A stretch of 61,638 bases of DNA, filler included, from Choristocarpus tenellus KU-1152 (taxonomy: Eukaryota; Protista; Phaeophyceae), in assembly GCA_964200185.2 (NCBI GenBank). It is 9 parts of 9 records of this genome, joined end to end, with 100 filler letters (N's around TTAATTAATTAA, not from the genome) between each part and the next. Parts side by side here need not be neighbours in the genome. Positions count along the whole stretch, not along the records: positions 40,149 to 50,758 come from CAXNAD020002835.1; positions 50,859 to 57,671 come from CAXNAD020007290.1; 7 more parts are not named here. The stretch is one strand, 5' to 3'. The notes beneath the pieces were generated by a model, which made no database searches, was not told the origin of the DNA, and worked only from the letters and a program-made list of their open reading frames with translations. Of this stretch, positions 40,406-53,967 are shown piece by piece. Position 1 is the first letter of the stretch. Each line of letters opens with the position of its first letter. The position numbers were made by a program, and so were the translations under genes.

Positions 40406-43400
40406 GGTGTTAAGCAACTGGAGCCCCTCCCGACAACACCCATTGCCCACCTGGCACCAAAACCCCGTCTGGTTCTTGTGTCCCACACACTCCACCTGGA
40501 CCTCTGGCGCATTCCTGAGCCAATAGAGACGGTTTCTGGAGGAATTGGAGCAGATCAAGCCAATGGCTATGAGTTAGGGTGGAAGAAGCGAAGTGGAGAG
40601 AGTGGGAACAATGAAATGGGAGGGGAAATTGGGGGAGGCGGTCTGTCAAAAGTACTACAAATAAAACCCAAGCTTGGAGGAAGGCACATTGCATGTGCCG
40701 CTTTGGCTCTGGATGGGTGCGTTGAGAAGTGGGGCGTTTTGATTATGGTTTAGACAATGTGTTTAACTTGGTAGGGGATATGACAGTTGCATGGATAAAT
40801 ACCTTTCTATGCAGTAGAACCACTCAAAGGACATGGGGTCCCTTTTGCCAACATGACAATATTTACATTGCAAGCAATCAAGGTACATTCTGTATGTAGG
40901 TACTGAGTGTTTGCTGTCGTGCCTACCCACCCTAGCCCATTGTGTTTATGCACCTAAATCTCTCTCAAACCTCACTGTAACCATTGTCTTTCTTAAACCT
41001 AACCTGTCTCACTTGAAACATCACAGTCCCGAGCATTGCCAGCTTCGACCCCTCCAGTCCTAACCTCCATTCCATGCCCCAATCTTCAACCTTCCCCAGT
41101 CGCTATATAGCCGTGTCGACCTCTCTCCACACAAAGGTATTTCGCTTGGGGAGGAGAGCTCGCCCGGTTCGCTCCATTTCCCTGCCCTCAAATTGTGCAC
41201 CTGCTTCCAATGCTATTATCTTCTCGCCAGACGGGGGCAGGCTGATCCTTGCAGCCGCAGCAGGAGACATTCGCATTGTCAGCCTTGGCAAGAAGAATGA
41301 TCTTGGGGATAGTGGGGTTAAACTGGTTCATTGCTTTAAGGAACATGTGGATGGTGTTGGAGTGGAGTGGAAGGATGAGGGGGCAGTGCCTGTTGTGGCT
41401 ATGTGCATCAGTGCTTGTGGAAGGTGGCTGGCTTCACGATCTTTGACAGGGGTGGTCCATGTGTTTGACTTGTTGACGTTAGAGCATCACTGGACCCTGC
41501 CCAGGTGGGTGGGTGGGTATGCATGCTCAAGCTTACTTCTTCTACAAGGAGTACATTTTGGACACGGACATCAGATTGCATTGCACAGGGTTGAGTTGTC
41601 TCAGTGTCCAAGGTTTCGTGTGATTCTTGGAGTTGCAAGTGGTGTGATTGGACAGTTGTAATTCGATCTAGCTGGTGTTTGATTGTTTGCGTGTAAATAT
41701 CAGTTACGTGTGATTTTTTAATTGCGGGTTTACGTTGGGTTTTTATTTTTAGTGTAAAGGGAGAAACACATCTCAACTCTTGGTTCTATGTTTGCGCTGT
41801 GCAGTGGGGAGGAGAAGGGGAGTGGAGGGGGGTAAATGGGGTGAAACACTATCTCCGCATCAAAGTGAAGGGACTGAACGTAATGCACCATCATACATTG
41901 TCGAAGGAGATGATGAGAGGTCTCATCACACCATGATACCTCACATTGCTGTAGTTGGGGGGGAAGGGGAGATACCTCCCCATCTCACACTCTATTGGCA
42001 GAATGGAAGTCAATCATAATTCATGGTAAAAACTCATGGTTACTTGAGTGCAAGTCTGACCGCCCCACCCCACCCTTGTGTCGTCCATGGTAGGTTCCCT
42101 TCATGCCACATAGGCATTAGGTTCCATTGCGAGGATCCTATTCTTGTTGCGATGGATGCCTCAAACTCTTTTATGGTGCTGGATGTTGTCAAACGAGAAG
42201 TGACTGAGTGGTCTAGGGATATTGAGGGGAAGAGGCCCAAGGTGCCGTCTCCACCGGGAGCCTGGGGGGGTGAGGGGAGCTCATTGCCGTTGTGTGGGGC
42301 GGCGTTCAATCCTTCAGAGCCGAGCTCTATGCTGTTGCACAATGATAGGTGAGAAGAAGTGCCTGGTATGTGAGACTGAGTCAAGGTATTGGCCTCGAGG
42401 AGATGGGTTAGGGATAGGGGGGATGAGGAATGATAGTTAATATATTCCTCTTGGAAAGCTCAGGATTGCAGAAGGGAGGGTGATCGTAGGAACCTGTAAT
42501 TTGTGGGAGCATATGAGAAGTTGGAACCATACGATATGAAGGTCAACGCATTGCTGTCAGCAGATGGAAATAGTATGTGATCATTGTTTACTTACTGAGG
42601 GGGTAGGTGAACCAACCTGGTCAAGGTCATAGCCATAGCTGGTGTTGCAAGGAGTAAGAATAGTGGAGAATTAGAACCAAGGAGCAAATGAATGAACCTC
42701 GGGCATAAAAGAAGAAAGGGTTTGTGGGAGACAAGCAACCTAGGCAAGAACTCTTGGAGGAGGGTGGGACAGATGAGTGGTCACAGAGATAATTTGAAGA
42801 GGAGGAAATGAGGGTTGAGAAGAATGAATGGGGAAGAGGATGATTCTCAGAAAGGAGAAGTGGAACAATGGGAAGAGGAGGAGAAATATGAAGGGAGGGA
42901 AAGAAGATAATGTCACCATGCACGTGATGATGGACTTCAAGCAAGAACAAGTGGTCAGGAGGCTGGTAAGGGTAGGTCAAAGGATTGAAATGAGGACACC
43001 ACACGGAACAGATAAGGAGGGTTTGGTCAAGAAGTTATTTGTTAAATGAGTAAGCAGAAGTCCTGGATATCTTTGTGTAACAGCTGGAACTTGCAAGATT
43101 TAAGCCCTGAGTGACCATCCAGGCAAAGGTAGTGGTAAGAGTGACACGGGTTAGAAATAACCCTGCTCGTGGGGGGGACTTTCACAGGGCTACATTCCTT
43201 CCTTGATGCGAGGCTGCTCCTACAGGACATCATAGATGAGTGGGGCTCACCATGTGATGACAAGGGCGGGTCTTGACATTGGCTGTTTCAAGGCCCCCGT
43301 CCCCTCAGGACTGACCTTGAGGGCAAAGGCGAATCTTAGAGGCCAGGGTCAGGTCGACATCGACTCAAGTGCCGGAGATAATGGGGGACCCCCAACTGTG

Positions 43401-46400
43401 GAGCAAAGAATTTGATTCAGTAGAGTACATTTGACTCTTACGTAGAATTCTTGAGGGTGTTGTGGACCAGGTAGCTTCTTGATATTGAGCAAGGTAAAGC
43501 GGTGGGGAAATGGTTGCGGATCCATCAAAGCAGTAAGTAACTGACACGTTCGTAAAATACCCCAAAATGTTGCTGCTCAAGTCACTGTGGTTATCTTAAG
43601 AGTATTGGGCAGGTAAAACGATAAAAAAAAATGGTTTTGGATCAATGCAAGGTATGTGTAGTTGACACTTACGTAAAATACTTGAAATTGTTGCCGTTCA
43701 AGTCACCGTTGGTATCTCGTGGATATTGAATGGGTGAAACAGTCAAAAACGGTTTTGAATCCATACAAGTAACATGTAAATGACTGTTCTATAGAATATT
43801 TCAAAATGCTGCCTGTCAAGTACGTCATGGATACTGCGAGGTTAAACCTTTCAAACAAAGGTTTTTGACCCATGCAATTTATTTGTAACTGACACTCATG
43901 TAGAGTAAACCGAAATGTTGCTGTTCAAGAATCTTCTGGATGTTGGGCTTTTGTAGCAGAAAAACGCTTTTCGATCCATCAATGTAGAATTGACACTTGT
44001 TTGGAACATTTGAAAATGTTGCCAGTTGAGTATCTTAAGGACATTGGGTGGGTGAATTGAACAAAATTCAGTTTTTGGATCCACCTAAGAAATGTGTAAC
44101 TGACAGTAATGTAAAATACTCCAAAATATTGGCACCCAAGTCACCTTTGGTATGTTGTGGATATTGGAAGGTTAAAATGGTCATACAGCAGTTTTGGATC
44201 CATCAAAGCAATGTGTAACCAACGCTAATGTAAAACACTTCAAATGTTGCCTCTCAAGTATTGATATTGGGTGGGTAAAACTGTCAAGCAATACTTTGAA
44301 TCCACCCAGGCTATGTGTAAATGGCACTTCCGTGAAGTTCTTCATAATGTTGTGGATCAAGTCACCTTGGGTATCTTGTGGATATTTGTTAGTTGAATGG
44401 TTATACTGCAGTTTCAGATCTATCCAATTAATGTTTAACTGACAATGCTGTAAAACACTCCAAATGCTGCCATTCAAGTATCTTGTGGATATTAATTAGG
44501 CAGTAAAACCGTAAAACAATGGCGTTGGATCCATTAGAGCAATGTAGAATTGACACATAGAATACTTCAAGATGTTGTCATTGAAGTATATTATGGATGT
44601 TGGGCAGGCGAAACGGTCAAGCAATAGTTTTAGATCCATCCAAGCAACGTGTAACTGACAGTTATATAGAACATTCCAAAGTGTTGCCGCTCAAGTCACC
44701 TTTAGTATCTTGTGGATATGGGAAGGTTAAAATGATCATATAGCAGAGTGGGATCCATCAAAGGAATGTGCAGTTGATACTCAATCGGAATTTTCAAAAT
44801 TATGTTGCCCAAGTCACCATTGCTATTTTGTGTATATTGGGCTGTTCAAACGGCCAAACAGTGGTTTTGGATCCATCCAAGCCGAAGCATCTTGATGCAC
44901 CAGTCATCAATATCTTATCCACCCGGCTGGCTTGCACCATGCTTTGATAGTACAGAAGAAGGTGTTGGGGTATTAAACCAAAGATTCCGAGTTCCTGCAT
45001 GGTTCCTATTTCATAGCATTTGACGCCGTCACCTGTATAATTGAAATAGTTCAGTTGTATTACGCTGAATACAACTTAGTGTACAGGCATACATGTCAAG
45101 GCTGTAGAGCTTGATCACATTTGATACTTTTCACCTTTCTGTTCTGTGAGTTGGAGGAACTTAAATGCTGGACAGATTATGTTGCCGGTGGTGCTCTTTC
45201 CCTGTCTGCCTACGCTTCTCCTTTTTTGCAGCATAGGCTAGAATTGTATTAATAATTAGTAATGCAATCCTCCTTCCCCTCATCCCTTTGATCAAACACT
45301 TGAGAGTTCATTATGGTGGAGTACTGAGTATGGAGTATTACTCTTGGAGGTGGTACCCATTACCAGGCACTGCACTAAGCTCTTGGAATGTTCAACAGTC
45401 AAACTTCGAGAGATGTTCCTAAATCCAATAGTGGCAACAGTAGAGGAGTTTTTTTTTCTCTCTTTGTGGAATGAGGCATCAACAGTGACTTTGGTCGTGT
45501 GTGGTATGTTGTGCATGTGAATTGCATACTATTGAAGTGGTTCTTCTCCTTTTATTGCGTAACTTTCACCTCCTCTTCTCTTCTTCCTCCTCCTCCTCCA
45601 CCTACCACTAGTAGAAGTTTTTTTGTGTTTAATACTGCAACACCCGCCCCACCAGATTGGGGAGACCTCAGTGAATACTTTTCAGGCTATGGTGACACCT
45701 GTCCTTCCACCTGTTTTAATGAAATTGCGCGAGCCCATGCCCAGTCCCTCTCCACTGTCCCGTCTTATTTTGATGCCCTCCATCACCAGTGTGTTCATGT
45801 ACATCGCCATGCAGAAAGTCGTCCCCAACTCTGTGGCAAAGAGCCACAGTGCCATGGCAAACGGACATTGCACAGAAGCCCCTCCTCCTCCTGTGCTCCC
45901 CTCCCCTCCCCCGAAAAAGAAGCAGCGAAAGGGGGCAAAACGAAGTGAGGATAACGATAAACCCCATAGCAAGGACATGGTGGAAGATGAGAAAAAGAAA
46001 AAGAAGGGAGACAGGTGAGAACCAAGTCTGGGAAATGTCCTTTGCACGCAAGAACTACGGATAAACCTTCTGTGCTGAGGTTGAGGTAGTGTTTTTATGC
46101 TCGACTTTTTCGTCACAATTTGAAATATTTTTTGTTGTTGTGGTGAAAGGTAGAAGAGATTGGAACAGTCAGAAAGTATGTTTTTTTTTGTTTAAGTAAG
46201 AAAAAACAGCGCTGTATGCCTGTCTCGAGACCTTTTTGTAAGTTTTCTTGTGTTTTTTAGCTTCTTGATCATCATTTCATGGTATTTTGGTCAATAAAGA
46301 CTCAAGGGTCACATGGATATTCAAAGTAGTGTGCTGTGGTGGTACACATTTTCTGCTTGAAACTTACAAACCATTGTTCTTTACTCTGTTTTCAGCCCAT

Positions 46401-46848
46401 GCCAGATGTGGTGCACCACTGAATCCCTCACAATGAATCTTAGTGACCCTGTCACCCCTCCATCATTCCACTCTTTGGCACCGACAAGAAGACTTGTCTT
46501 GACGCGTTACCCTCAATCCCTGTAAGTTCTGATCGAGCTGTAGCATGGCCACAACAGGCGGTGGAATTGAGACAAATACCCTACTCTCTTGTATGCTCTC
46601 AGTCTGTGTACTGTCCACTGAACCCCCTTGTATGAGCTTGCTGGGAAGCCACTCCCTCTGACTGTATTTTGCCCCTCTTCTCTCACCACTTCAGCTGTGG
46701 CAGCAATTTCACCATTGTGCGGGGCTACTCATCGGTCCTGCTGCTTGACTTTGTGGGAGGAAACGAGCTCCTTGTTTTGGAGAATCCATGGCAGGGCATT
46801 CGCAATCGTTTGCCGGACACACTTGACAGGAAACGCTTCAATGACTAG
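40406..46848 (+). CDS. UTP4: U3 snoRNA-associated protein 4 (UTP4/cirhin), WD40, 3' part; exons ~40406-40716, 41100-41504, 42094-42348, 45790-46014, 46695-46848
   Basis: RLVLVSHTLHLDLWRI, RHIACAALALDG|RYIAVS, ISACGRWLA...VHVFDLLTLEHHWTLPR, SNSFMVLDVVKREVTEWS and the C-terminal NFTIVRGYSSVLLLDFVGGNELLVLENPWQGIRNRLPDTLDRKRF. All junctions are phase 2 and consistent. Confidence 0.9.
43511..44881. repeat. Degenerate satellite, 12 full units plus 1 partial, ~103-121 bp each, inside a UTP4 intron
   Basis: Recurring TTTTGGATCCAT..AAG...TGTAACTGACA...AAATGTTGC...CAAGT...ATCTTGTGGATATTGG, with anchors near 43518, 43639, 43757, 43867, 43973, 44077, 44195, 44298, 44417, 44527, 44632, 44751 and 44869. 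Confidence 0.9.
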
Positions 46849-48099
46849 TTTTTCCGTTACAATTTGTCCATAGAGAGTTGTTTTGCGGATCTGTCAGTGC
46901 AATGGGTTGTGCTTGTTCTAACATAGGCGTGTGTGAGGTAGTCTAATTTTTGTCGTGGTTTGCTTCTTGCCCCTGAAGCTCAGCTCTACCAATAATACGA
47001 AAGTATAGTGTATTGCTCTTGCTCTAGAGTCTGCACGCATCTCATAGGGGGCGCGAGCAGAGTCATGAGAGTAGTCCCTGCCTCTGCTGAGGGTTCAATA
47101 TATTTGCCTGGATAAGCTATTCAGTTGTTCATGCGTACTATGCATTAAGATAGCCGTTGTGCACAGTACTTGTATTTTTCAGGTTTGGTTGCAAGAAGGA
47201 AGAGATGAGCACAGGGTACTGCAGGTGCTGACTTGGTATGGATGTATGAGCGGCCTCTTAGAGGATTTCATACATACTTAGAATCAGTAGAGTGTAGAAT
47301 TGGTCCTACTTGATTTATCTTAGAGGATGCCTTCACCACCATCCCATAATCCCTTTTTTCCCTGTGTCCTGCATCTAGGTGGACACTTAGAATTTTCCTT
47401 ATTTGCTCTTGATTAGAAATTCAAAATTTTGTTTTCTTTCAACACACGAGTTGGTACTCCATGTAGTATCAATATTTGACCCATGATTCATTGATGATAT
47501 CCAGTCTCCATACATAGTATGTTCCTGTCTGTATTGTTGAGAGTATAATGAACACATCTCTATGTGGTTGTGGTTTTGTTAAATGATTGGTTGGGTTCAT
47601 GGTTTGCAGGGTCGAATGGTTGTTTGAAGCAGGTTGACATTTTACAGTCCTTATTATCACGCGTCAAAGAAACGCATGCAAAACTCAAACGGCTATCCAT
47701 CCCACGGGGGTCGTACTTGAGATAATTTATGTTGCTCAATTACAAAAGCATTACGAGGAAGAAAGATTCGAAACAAAGTTGAAATATAAAAAAAATATTG
47801 ACGAAAGGTAAAACTTGATTCTGTCAAATGCAGGATACATCTTACTTTTGCATTGAACGTTTGATCATTTGATTGTAGTAGTAGTCCTCATAACCATTAT
47901 ACCTGCTATTTTGTTGTGAATATATATTCCTAAAACATTTCCAAATCTTTGATCATCAGTGAATTGTCATAGATAATCATATTTTTTGGAGTTACTTTTT
48001 TTTTCCGAACTACTTCAAGAGTGTTCTTCAAAGACTGAGCGGTCTAACCCGCATAAGCCCTAAGGCTTGCTTGATGTAAATCATCAGGAAATGAGGGAT

Positions 48100-49400
48100 C
48101 ACTTATTAAAACCTATGGAGCAAGTTATGATAGCTCATCAGTAGTTCATGCTTGAACCGATTCACCACCTCAACCTCCATACCATGGTCCATAAGATGAA
48201 TAGTCCACCTGTTCAGGTTAGGATCAGGGCAGAGCAATCGATTTTCAGAGGGAACATCTGCCCCAGATGTAGGGGTGAAAGTGTCAAATCATCCAAAAGA
48301 TATCCATGCCATGCATTCCCTCCTAAAAGGAACCCTTCAAATACCCCTCCTGGACCATCATAGCTATGCCATGTTCCTGCTTATCATCATGGAAGATTTT
48401 TCCCGAATTAACTGTGATTGCTACTGATTCGAGGCCTGCTCTTAAAAGTATGAGGAATGAATCCTTAGGACCAACCCATCAACATACTTCATCCCACGTG
48501 TGTCGCCTGCAACACTCTGTATCACATCCATGGTAAAAACAAATGCATAGGGAACTCAGTTTCTGAGTACCGGCTGATTGAACCACTGCTGCTTCTGTAA
48601 CTATAACCGGTTGGGGTGGGCAGTTAACATGACACAGGATGTAGGTACACATGGACGAAGTTTGGCTCTCGGAGTGAAAGGCACCCTATCCCTACCGGGG
48701 ACTGAGGCAGGTTGGTTAGTAACAGCAGCAAATTCGCAGGGGTTAGTGGCCTATAGGTGTCCTCTTTCTAAGTGGGTAAGATTGTTGACAACGATGTTGA
48801 CATCATGTAGCAGTTGCTATGACAGAACAGGAATTAACACGCAGTAGCAATTAGAAGTAGAGGTAGAAGCGTGTTGTTTACTTCAATTCAAGACCTCTTC
48901 AATCAAGCCATCAAAAATTTGTTTCACCATTGTCTCCTCAATATTAATCTTATCTCGAAACGGGTTGCTAGAAATGGACATTGGCAACCTTGTGTTCTAA
49001 TGTCTTCCCTGGCAAAAAAAAACTTTGCTCAGCATTCCTATTCGGTCAATTGTGAATACTTAATATGAAGCTAAACTAGCGTAAGACTTGTTTGGATCTA
49101 CAATGAAAGTATTAAAGTACGAAGTAGCAGTACAACAAGACGATTAGGCGATTGGATACTGCCTCTTTAACTGACAATAAGGCAGAAAGCATTCCCTCAC
49201 CAGAGTGCGGAATTAATCGATGTTGCACCTATCTAGGAACAAAGGACTTTCAAGAGCTTCCATGTAATGCCCAGCACCTCGTTGATTAGTCCACTCCTCA
49301 GATGGTGACTGTCGGATGGGATTCCTCAAGGAAAATGGGACCAAATTAATCTTTCAATTCCCGCAATCTATTCACAACTCTTTGAGAAGATGATAAAAAC
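48100..49400 (-). mobile_element. Decayed Ty3/Gypsy RT-RNase H relic
   Basis: IFWMI*HFHPYIWGR and PNLNRWTIHLMDHGMEV (~48150-48320) match the Gypsy RNase H pattern W...HFRPY.WGR...L.RW...L. Boundaries are approximate. Confidence 0.55.
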
Positions 49401-50718
49401 AGAGCTTTCACCAATGTCTACGTGTCTCGCATTACTATTGTAATTTTTTGTTTCTCCTGTTTCTCTACCTTTTTGTAGTAGGTTTTCCAACAAAAGAAAA
49501 GACTGTGTAGGAAGTTTTTGGTTTAGTTTTTCGCGTTACCTTTCTTGGTGCTACGTTTCTGGTTATTATGGGTCTGTAGAGACCAAAGATCAATGTGCGA
49601 AAGAAGTAATGACAATTGTTGTCCCATTAACCCATGAATTATTTCCAAGCAAGGTGGGGCTTTTTGGAGTTTCTTCCATATTCATGAGAGTTAGGACTCT
49701 TCTATATTTTCCTCGGTTCAGATTATCATGAATGTGATGTTTACCCTCTATTCCACAAGCTGTCCTCACCGTGTCTGTCTGCAATCATGCCCCTAGAGGA
49801 CGAAACAGGTACAGACCCCATCTTGGTTCTTGGTGTCTAGCAGAACACAAGTGACCGAGATTGCCGTATGTGTATTCTGATGGCTTGTACACAACATGAT
49901 CAACGTGTGAACACCAACCGCATGAGATGTAGGCAAATTTGTTTTGTGCTCAGGAGCCCCTGAGTGGCACTTTTAATATGGTGAAAAATCCTGGAATGGG
50001 AAACTGGGGCATACATTCTATCAATACTATCTCTCTGAAAGAAGTTGGTGATATGTATTAGTCCTTCCTCCATTGAGACATTTGTACTCTTTCTTCCATC
50101 GATGCTGGTAATATCCTGCCTCATACATTGAGCGTCTGTACATAGCCCTCAACACTATAATGCATCCTACTTCACATACGTCCATGGCTCCTCCCTACAA
50201 CAATTCGTTGTGTTTAAAAACGTTACAACCGTCGTAACTCACGTCCCAATGCCATAACTTTCTACACCTCCTTTATGTGTCCAGGAAATTGTCTACCTTC
50301 GACAATTAACGAGTATATATCCGAGATGGACCAATTCAGTGCTGCTTTTCAGAATCACCAACAGTTGGAGAAATAACTTTAGAGATCTCAAAGACCTCGC
50401 CATAATCATGTGTAACAACGGCACACCCAAGCAAAGAGCTCGCTTTCTTGGTTGGAGCTGACTGATATGACCTGCAAGGCTCAGACAACTGCTTCCCAGT
50501 TGGGCAATGTGATATGATAATGCCTACTAATACATGGGTGGTACGACCCTGAAGGAGTTGGTCGGGAGAGGGTCAAGCTGAACCTTATCTTGTGAGATAC
50601 TGGTCCTCAGAACAGGCATTTCCTAAGAGTATAAAGGAGCTACATCCACTGCGCACCTGCACTTCTTCAACAAGTTCAAACTCCCATCAAATTCGAGGCG
50701 GACAACTGTAGGAGTGCA

Positions 50719-50758
50719 GGCTCAAAGTATCTGGGAGGGGGTGGCGGCTGTCCATTTG
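50719..50758 (+). mobile_element. Terminus of the same young repeat as 1-40, truncated by the contig end
   Basis: GGCTCAAAGTATCTGGGAGGGGGTGGCGGCTGTCCATTTG, 40/40 identical to the reverse complement of 1-40. Confidence 0.7.
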
Positions 50759-50858
50759 NNNNNNNNNNNNNNNNNNNNNNNNNNNNNNNNNNNNNNNNNN
50801 NNTTAATTAATTAANNNNNNNNNNNNNNNNNNNNNNNNNNNNNNNNNNNNNNNNNNNN
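50759..50858. other. Artificial contig linker
   Basis: N44-TTAATTAATTAA-N44. Confidence 0.98.
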
Positions 50859-51649
50859 GGTTGAAAAGGAAGTAGTTGTTAATTAATTAAGCCCCAAAAC
50901 AAAACGCGGGATATAAATGGAATGGGGGGGGGGGGGGGTTAAAATGCTCAAATGAAAACTGTCTCACCACTGAGGCGACAAACTTGGATTAACTATAGGG
51001 GGCAAGGGGGTTGTACAGTAGTGGTAGTATTGTACAAAAATAGAGAAAAAAAATAGGAAAGGTAAGAGACTCACGGGCAAAGAATGATAAAAACAAAACT
51101 CTGGCAAAGTACTGATCCACTCCAGTAGCAAATGAAATTTTTATACACCTCCTAAATACAACCCAAAAAGATAACAAAAAGCCTTGGACGCTGGATCGCA
51201 ACGAGTAACTCCAAGGTGAGAAGTAGTTGAGAATGGCAAGTTACTTAAACTCCGCCATTGATAGCAAAAAAGATTTATCTACACAAGCCAGGACCCTTTC
51301 AACTTCACTATTGGTTTGATACAAAAATAATGACCACGACAGTGATTCAGAATTAGGTATGCATCAAGACTTGACAGTAGTAACTGAGGACATACTAGAT
51401 AGTACAAAAAAGATGTCGAAGGTGGGTGAACAGGGTTTGATTCCCGAAGTGATGAGATCATACCAACCTTTCCTATCATTCCGACTGTTCCACTCATTGC
51501 CTTCAGCTTCTGCTATCAAAACAAAACAGACAAGATGGCATTGCACGATGTGGATGTTCAGTTACTGATACATAAATAGTATGCACTATGCTAGGACCGC
51601 TGAAATCCTATATCGTGTGGAGTATGTCGCTTCTAAAGAGTACCACTAT

Positions 51650-52950
51650 TGAAGGTGAGGAAAATACACAACAAAAATTTTGTACGACGAAGTAGATCAC
51701 GTAACTGTGCGATAACTTGGGGGTTGCCCACTCAGCGAGTAGAAAATCGGAACTTCTCATCCGTTGTTTCCAGGCACAACACCTTTCTTTTTCAGCAAGA
51801 GCGGAAAAATGCGCTCGACACGTAAGAGGAGATACAATTTCTGCTCCATATCTCACTCGAACTATTAAGGCCTGAGAACAGCCATTATGCTGAATCTCGG
51901 CCTTCGAATCTGTTCAACATGTTCCCAACTAAATGAAAAAATCTCGTCCCCACCTACAGGTACATACCGTTTCCGTCCTTGTAACCCCAGACACCAGATT
52001 TGTCGTGAACACTCCTGGCGATGTCTTAATGCGGGCGAAAGATCGCAGCCCTCCAGTTCCCCGAGCAACATGACCTACAGGAGTAACAGCAAGGAGTTCG
52101 TGTTCAATGAGTTGAAAATAGCTGGTGAGAGTGGTTACCTCTCTTTTCTTGAAGAACTTAACAATTACTCTAGGATCAGCATCATTGTTGCAAAAAAGCT
52201 CAGGATAGAGAGTAGTCATGAAAGATATCGCAGTGCTGGTGTATATGTTACAAGTGCAGCGTGTACAAGGAGAGGAAGGATGAAGGAAGCGCTTGTACAG
52301 TTGGTGGTCCCAAGGAACGGGAAGGTTATGGTCAAGTATGGTCAGCATGTAGACCAACGATCATGATCGAACACATTGCATACAAACTTTAACAGAAGTC
52401 ACGAAAGGGCGGTAGGGGTACATGGATGCGATAGGTATCCTTTTGACCTCCTAGTGCAAGAAAAAGAGAGATAGAGACTTTCGAACCTCCGAAAGCCTCA
52501 CAGAGGTGGGCAGAGAATGAGAACAGGATTGTATATTCAAGGTGTTGATAAAAAGTGCGCAGCCATCGATATCTTTAACAATGCCTGGATCCCATCGCCC
52601 GCGAGTATCCCAGCTAAGGGAGAAGAAACTAGAGACTGATTACTTCGAGGGTGAAGCAATAATAACACGGTCTCATGGCGCACAGACGACACAGGTGGCT
52701 GGAAGTGTTGTTACGGACAAAGAGACATGAACTAGCTGACCTGGGGTAAGAAAGGCCGATGCTCCAGCCAAAGCAGAAATCGAAATTATCCTAGACACAG
52801 CCCTCATGTTCAGTGGTTTTCACCCACTAGTACCTACAGTGCTCTCTGACAACACACTCTACCTAAACCCTTGCAACTCCCACCATCACAAAACACAAAA
52901 TATACTTCAATGATAACGCCTTCTACAATAATAGCACGAGAAAAATGTTT
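51650..52950 (+). mobile_element. Highly decayed Copia RT/RNase H relic
   Basis: KSELLIRCFQAQ (cf. KARLVIRGF.Q), RYRSAGVYVTSAACTR (cf. YRS.VG.L.YAA.CTRPD) and SDNTLYLNPCNSHHHKTQNI (cf. DN..A......H..TKHID) occur in the expected order. Confidence 0.5.
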
Positions 52951-53277
52951 GACCTTGTTTCCTCTGAAGACAGGTTTGACATTGTCAATACACTTAGAGG
53001 GTGAAGTATCTCGATCAAGGTTCGCCAGGGCGGGGCGACAATGGCACTTTGCGTGGGCCAGCGAGTGCTTCTGCTGGCCCTTAGTGAGGAGCCGGACAAA
53101 CCACCCCTTGGTTATCTAAGCTCGAGGTTGTTGGCAGATGCCTCTGGTGAGCGAGAATATTGATGCCCTATACAAGAGGTTTCTAGATCACTAGCACGTT
53201 GGTCGTCGTAAAGTACAAAATTCTTTGCTGCAAATCACATTGCAAAACAGACTGTAAAACATGGCTTGTGGCTTGTG

Positions 53278-53560
53278 TCAACCAGTCCGAACGTTGATGA
53301 TATTTGTGCCGAGTTGATCACTATGGAATAAAGTACTTCGCAAATGGTGTATATGATTCGATTGTGCATGCCTGCGATCTTTCATGCGTGCGAGGAGGGT
53401 GACAACCATGGAAAAAAATTCCATACGAAGAGCATCAAATAACATGGTCACCACAAGTTCACATGCATTCACGTGCGAAGTAGTGGAGTAGTGTGGAATA
53501 TGCAAGTATGTCTCGAAGTGTGCCCACCTCGCATGTCTCGCCTTCCAAATTGCTTTACAT
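53278..53560 (-). mobile_element. Possible LINE ORF2 C-terminal relic
   Basis: AIWKARHARWAHF resembles the IWK.RN...F motif of L1/Tx1 ORF2 tails. Confidence 0.3.
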
Positions 53561-53967
53561 CAACGCTTGAAGGGATAAGAACATAAAAAAAACATGTAGA
53601 TTCCTCAACTATCTTCCCGTAGCTGTCTAATGACTGAATGCAAAATACGATGCTAACTAGTCAACGCGGATATATACTTGGGTCACACCATAGTGAAGTG
53701 ATATCAGGGTCACGGTTTTGCAAAATGTATAGCAGTTGGCTATACCAGCTTGCCCCTGGTATAGCTTGAGGTTTGCAGATAGAAAAATCCTCTGTTGTGA
53801 TGCTCTACCGTGAACACTTGGGAATTGGGGGACGCAAAACGCCAAGTTCAGTAAGCAGCCAGCCTATTTTTTTTAATGCTTGTAGTAACGACAATTACAT
53901 AACGTCCCTCTCTCCTGCCCATGAAATTTGTGCGTACCCCCTCCTCCCCCTCGCCCCTGCACACAAG

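Noticed and set aside
43511-44881. CRISPR-like array
   Set aside because: No invariant repeat with unique spacers, units are homologous throughout, there are no cas-like ORFs and the site is a eukaryotic intron.
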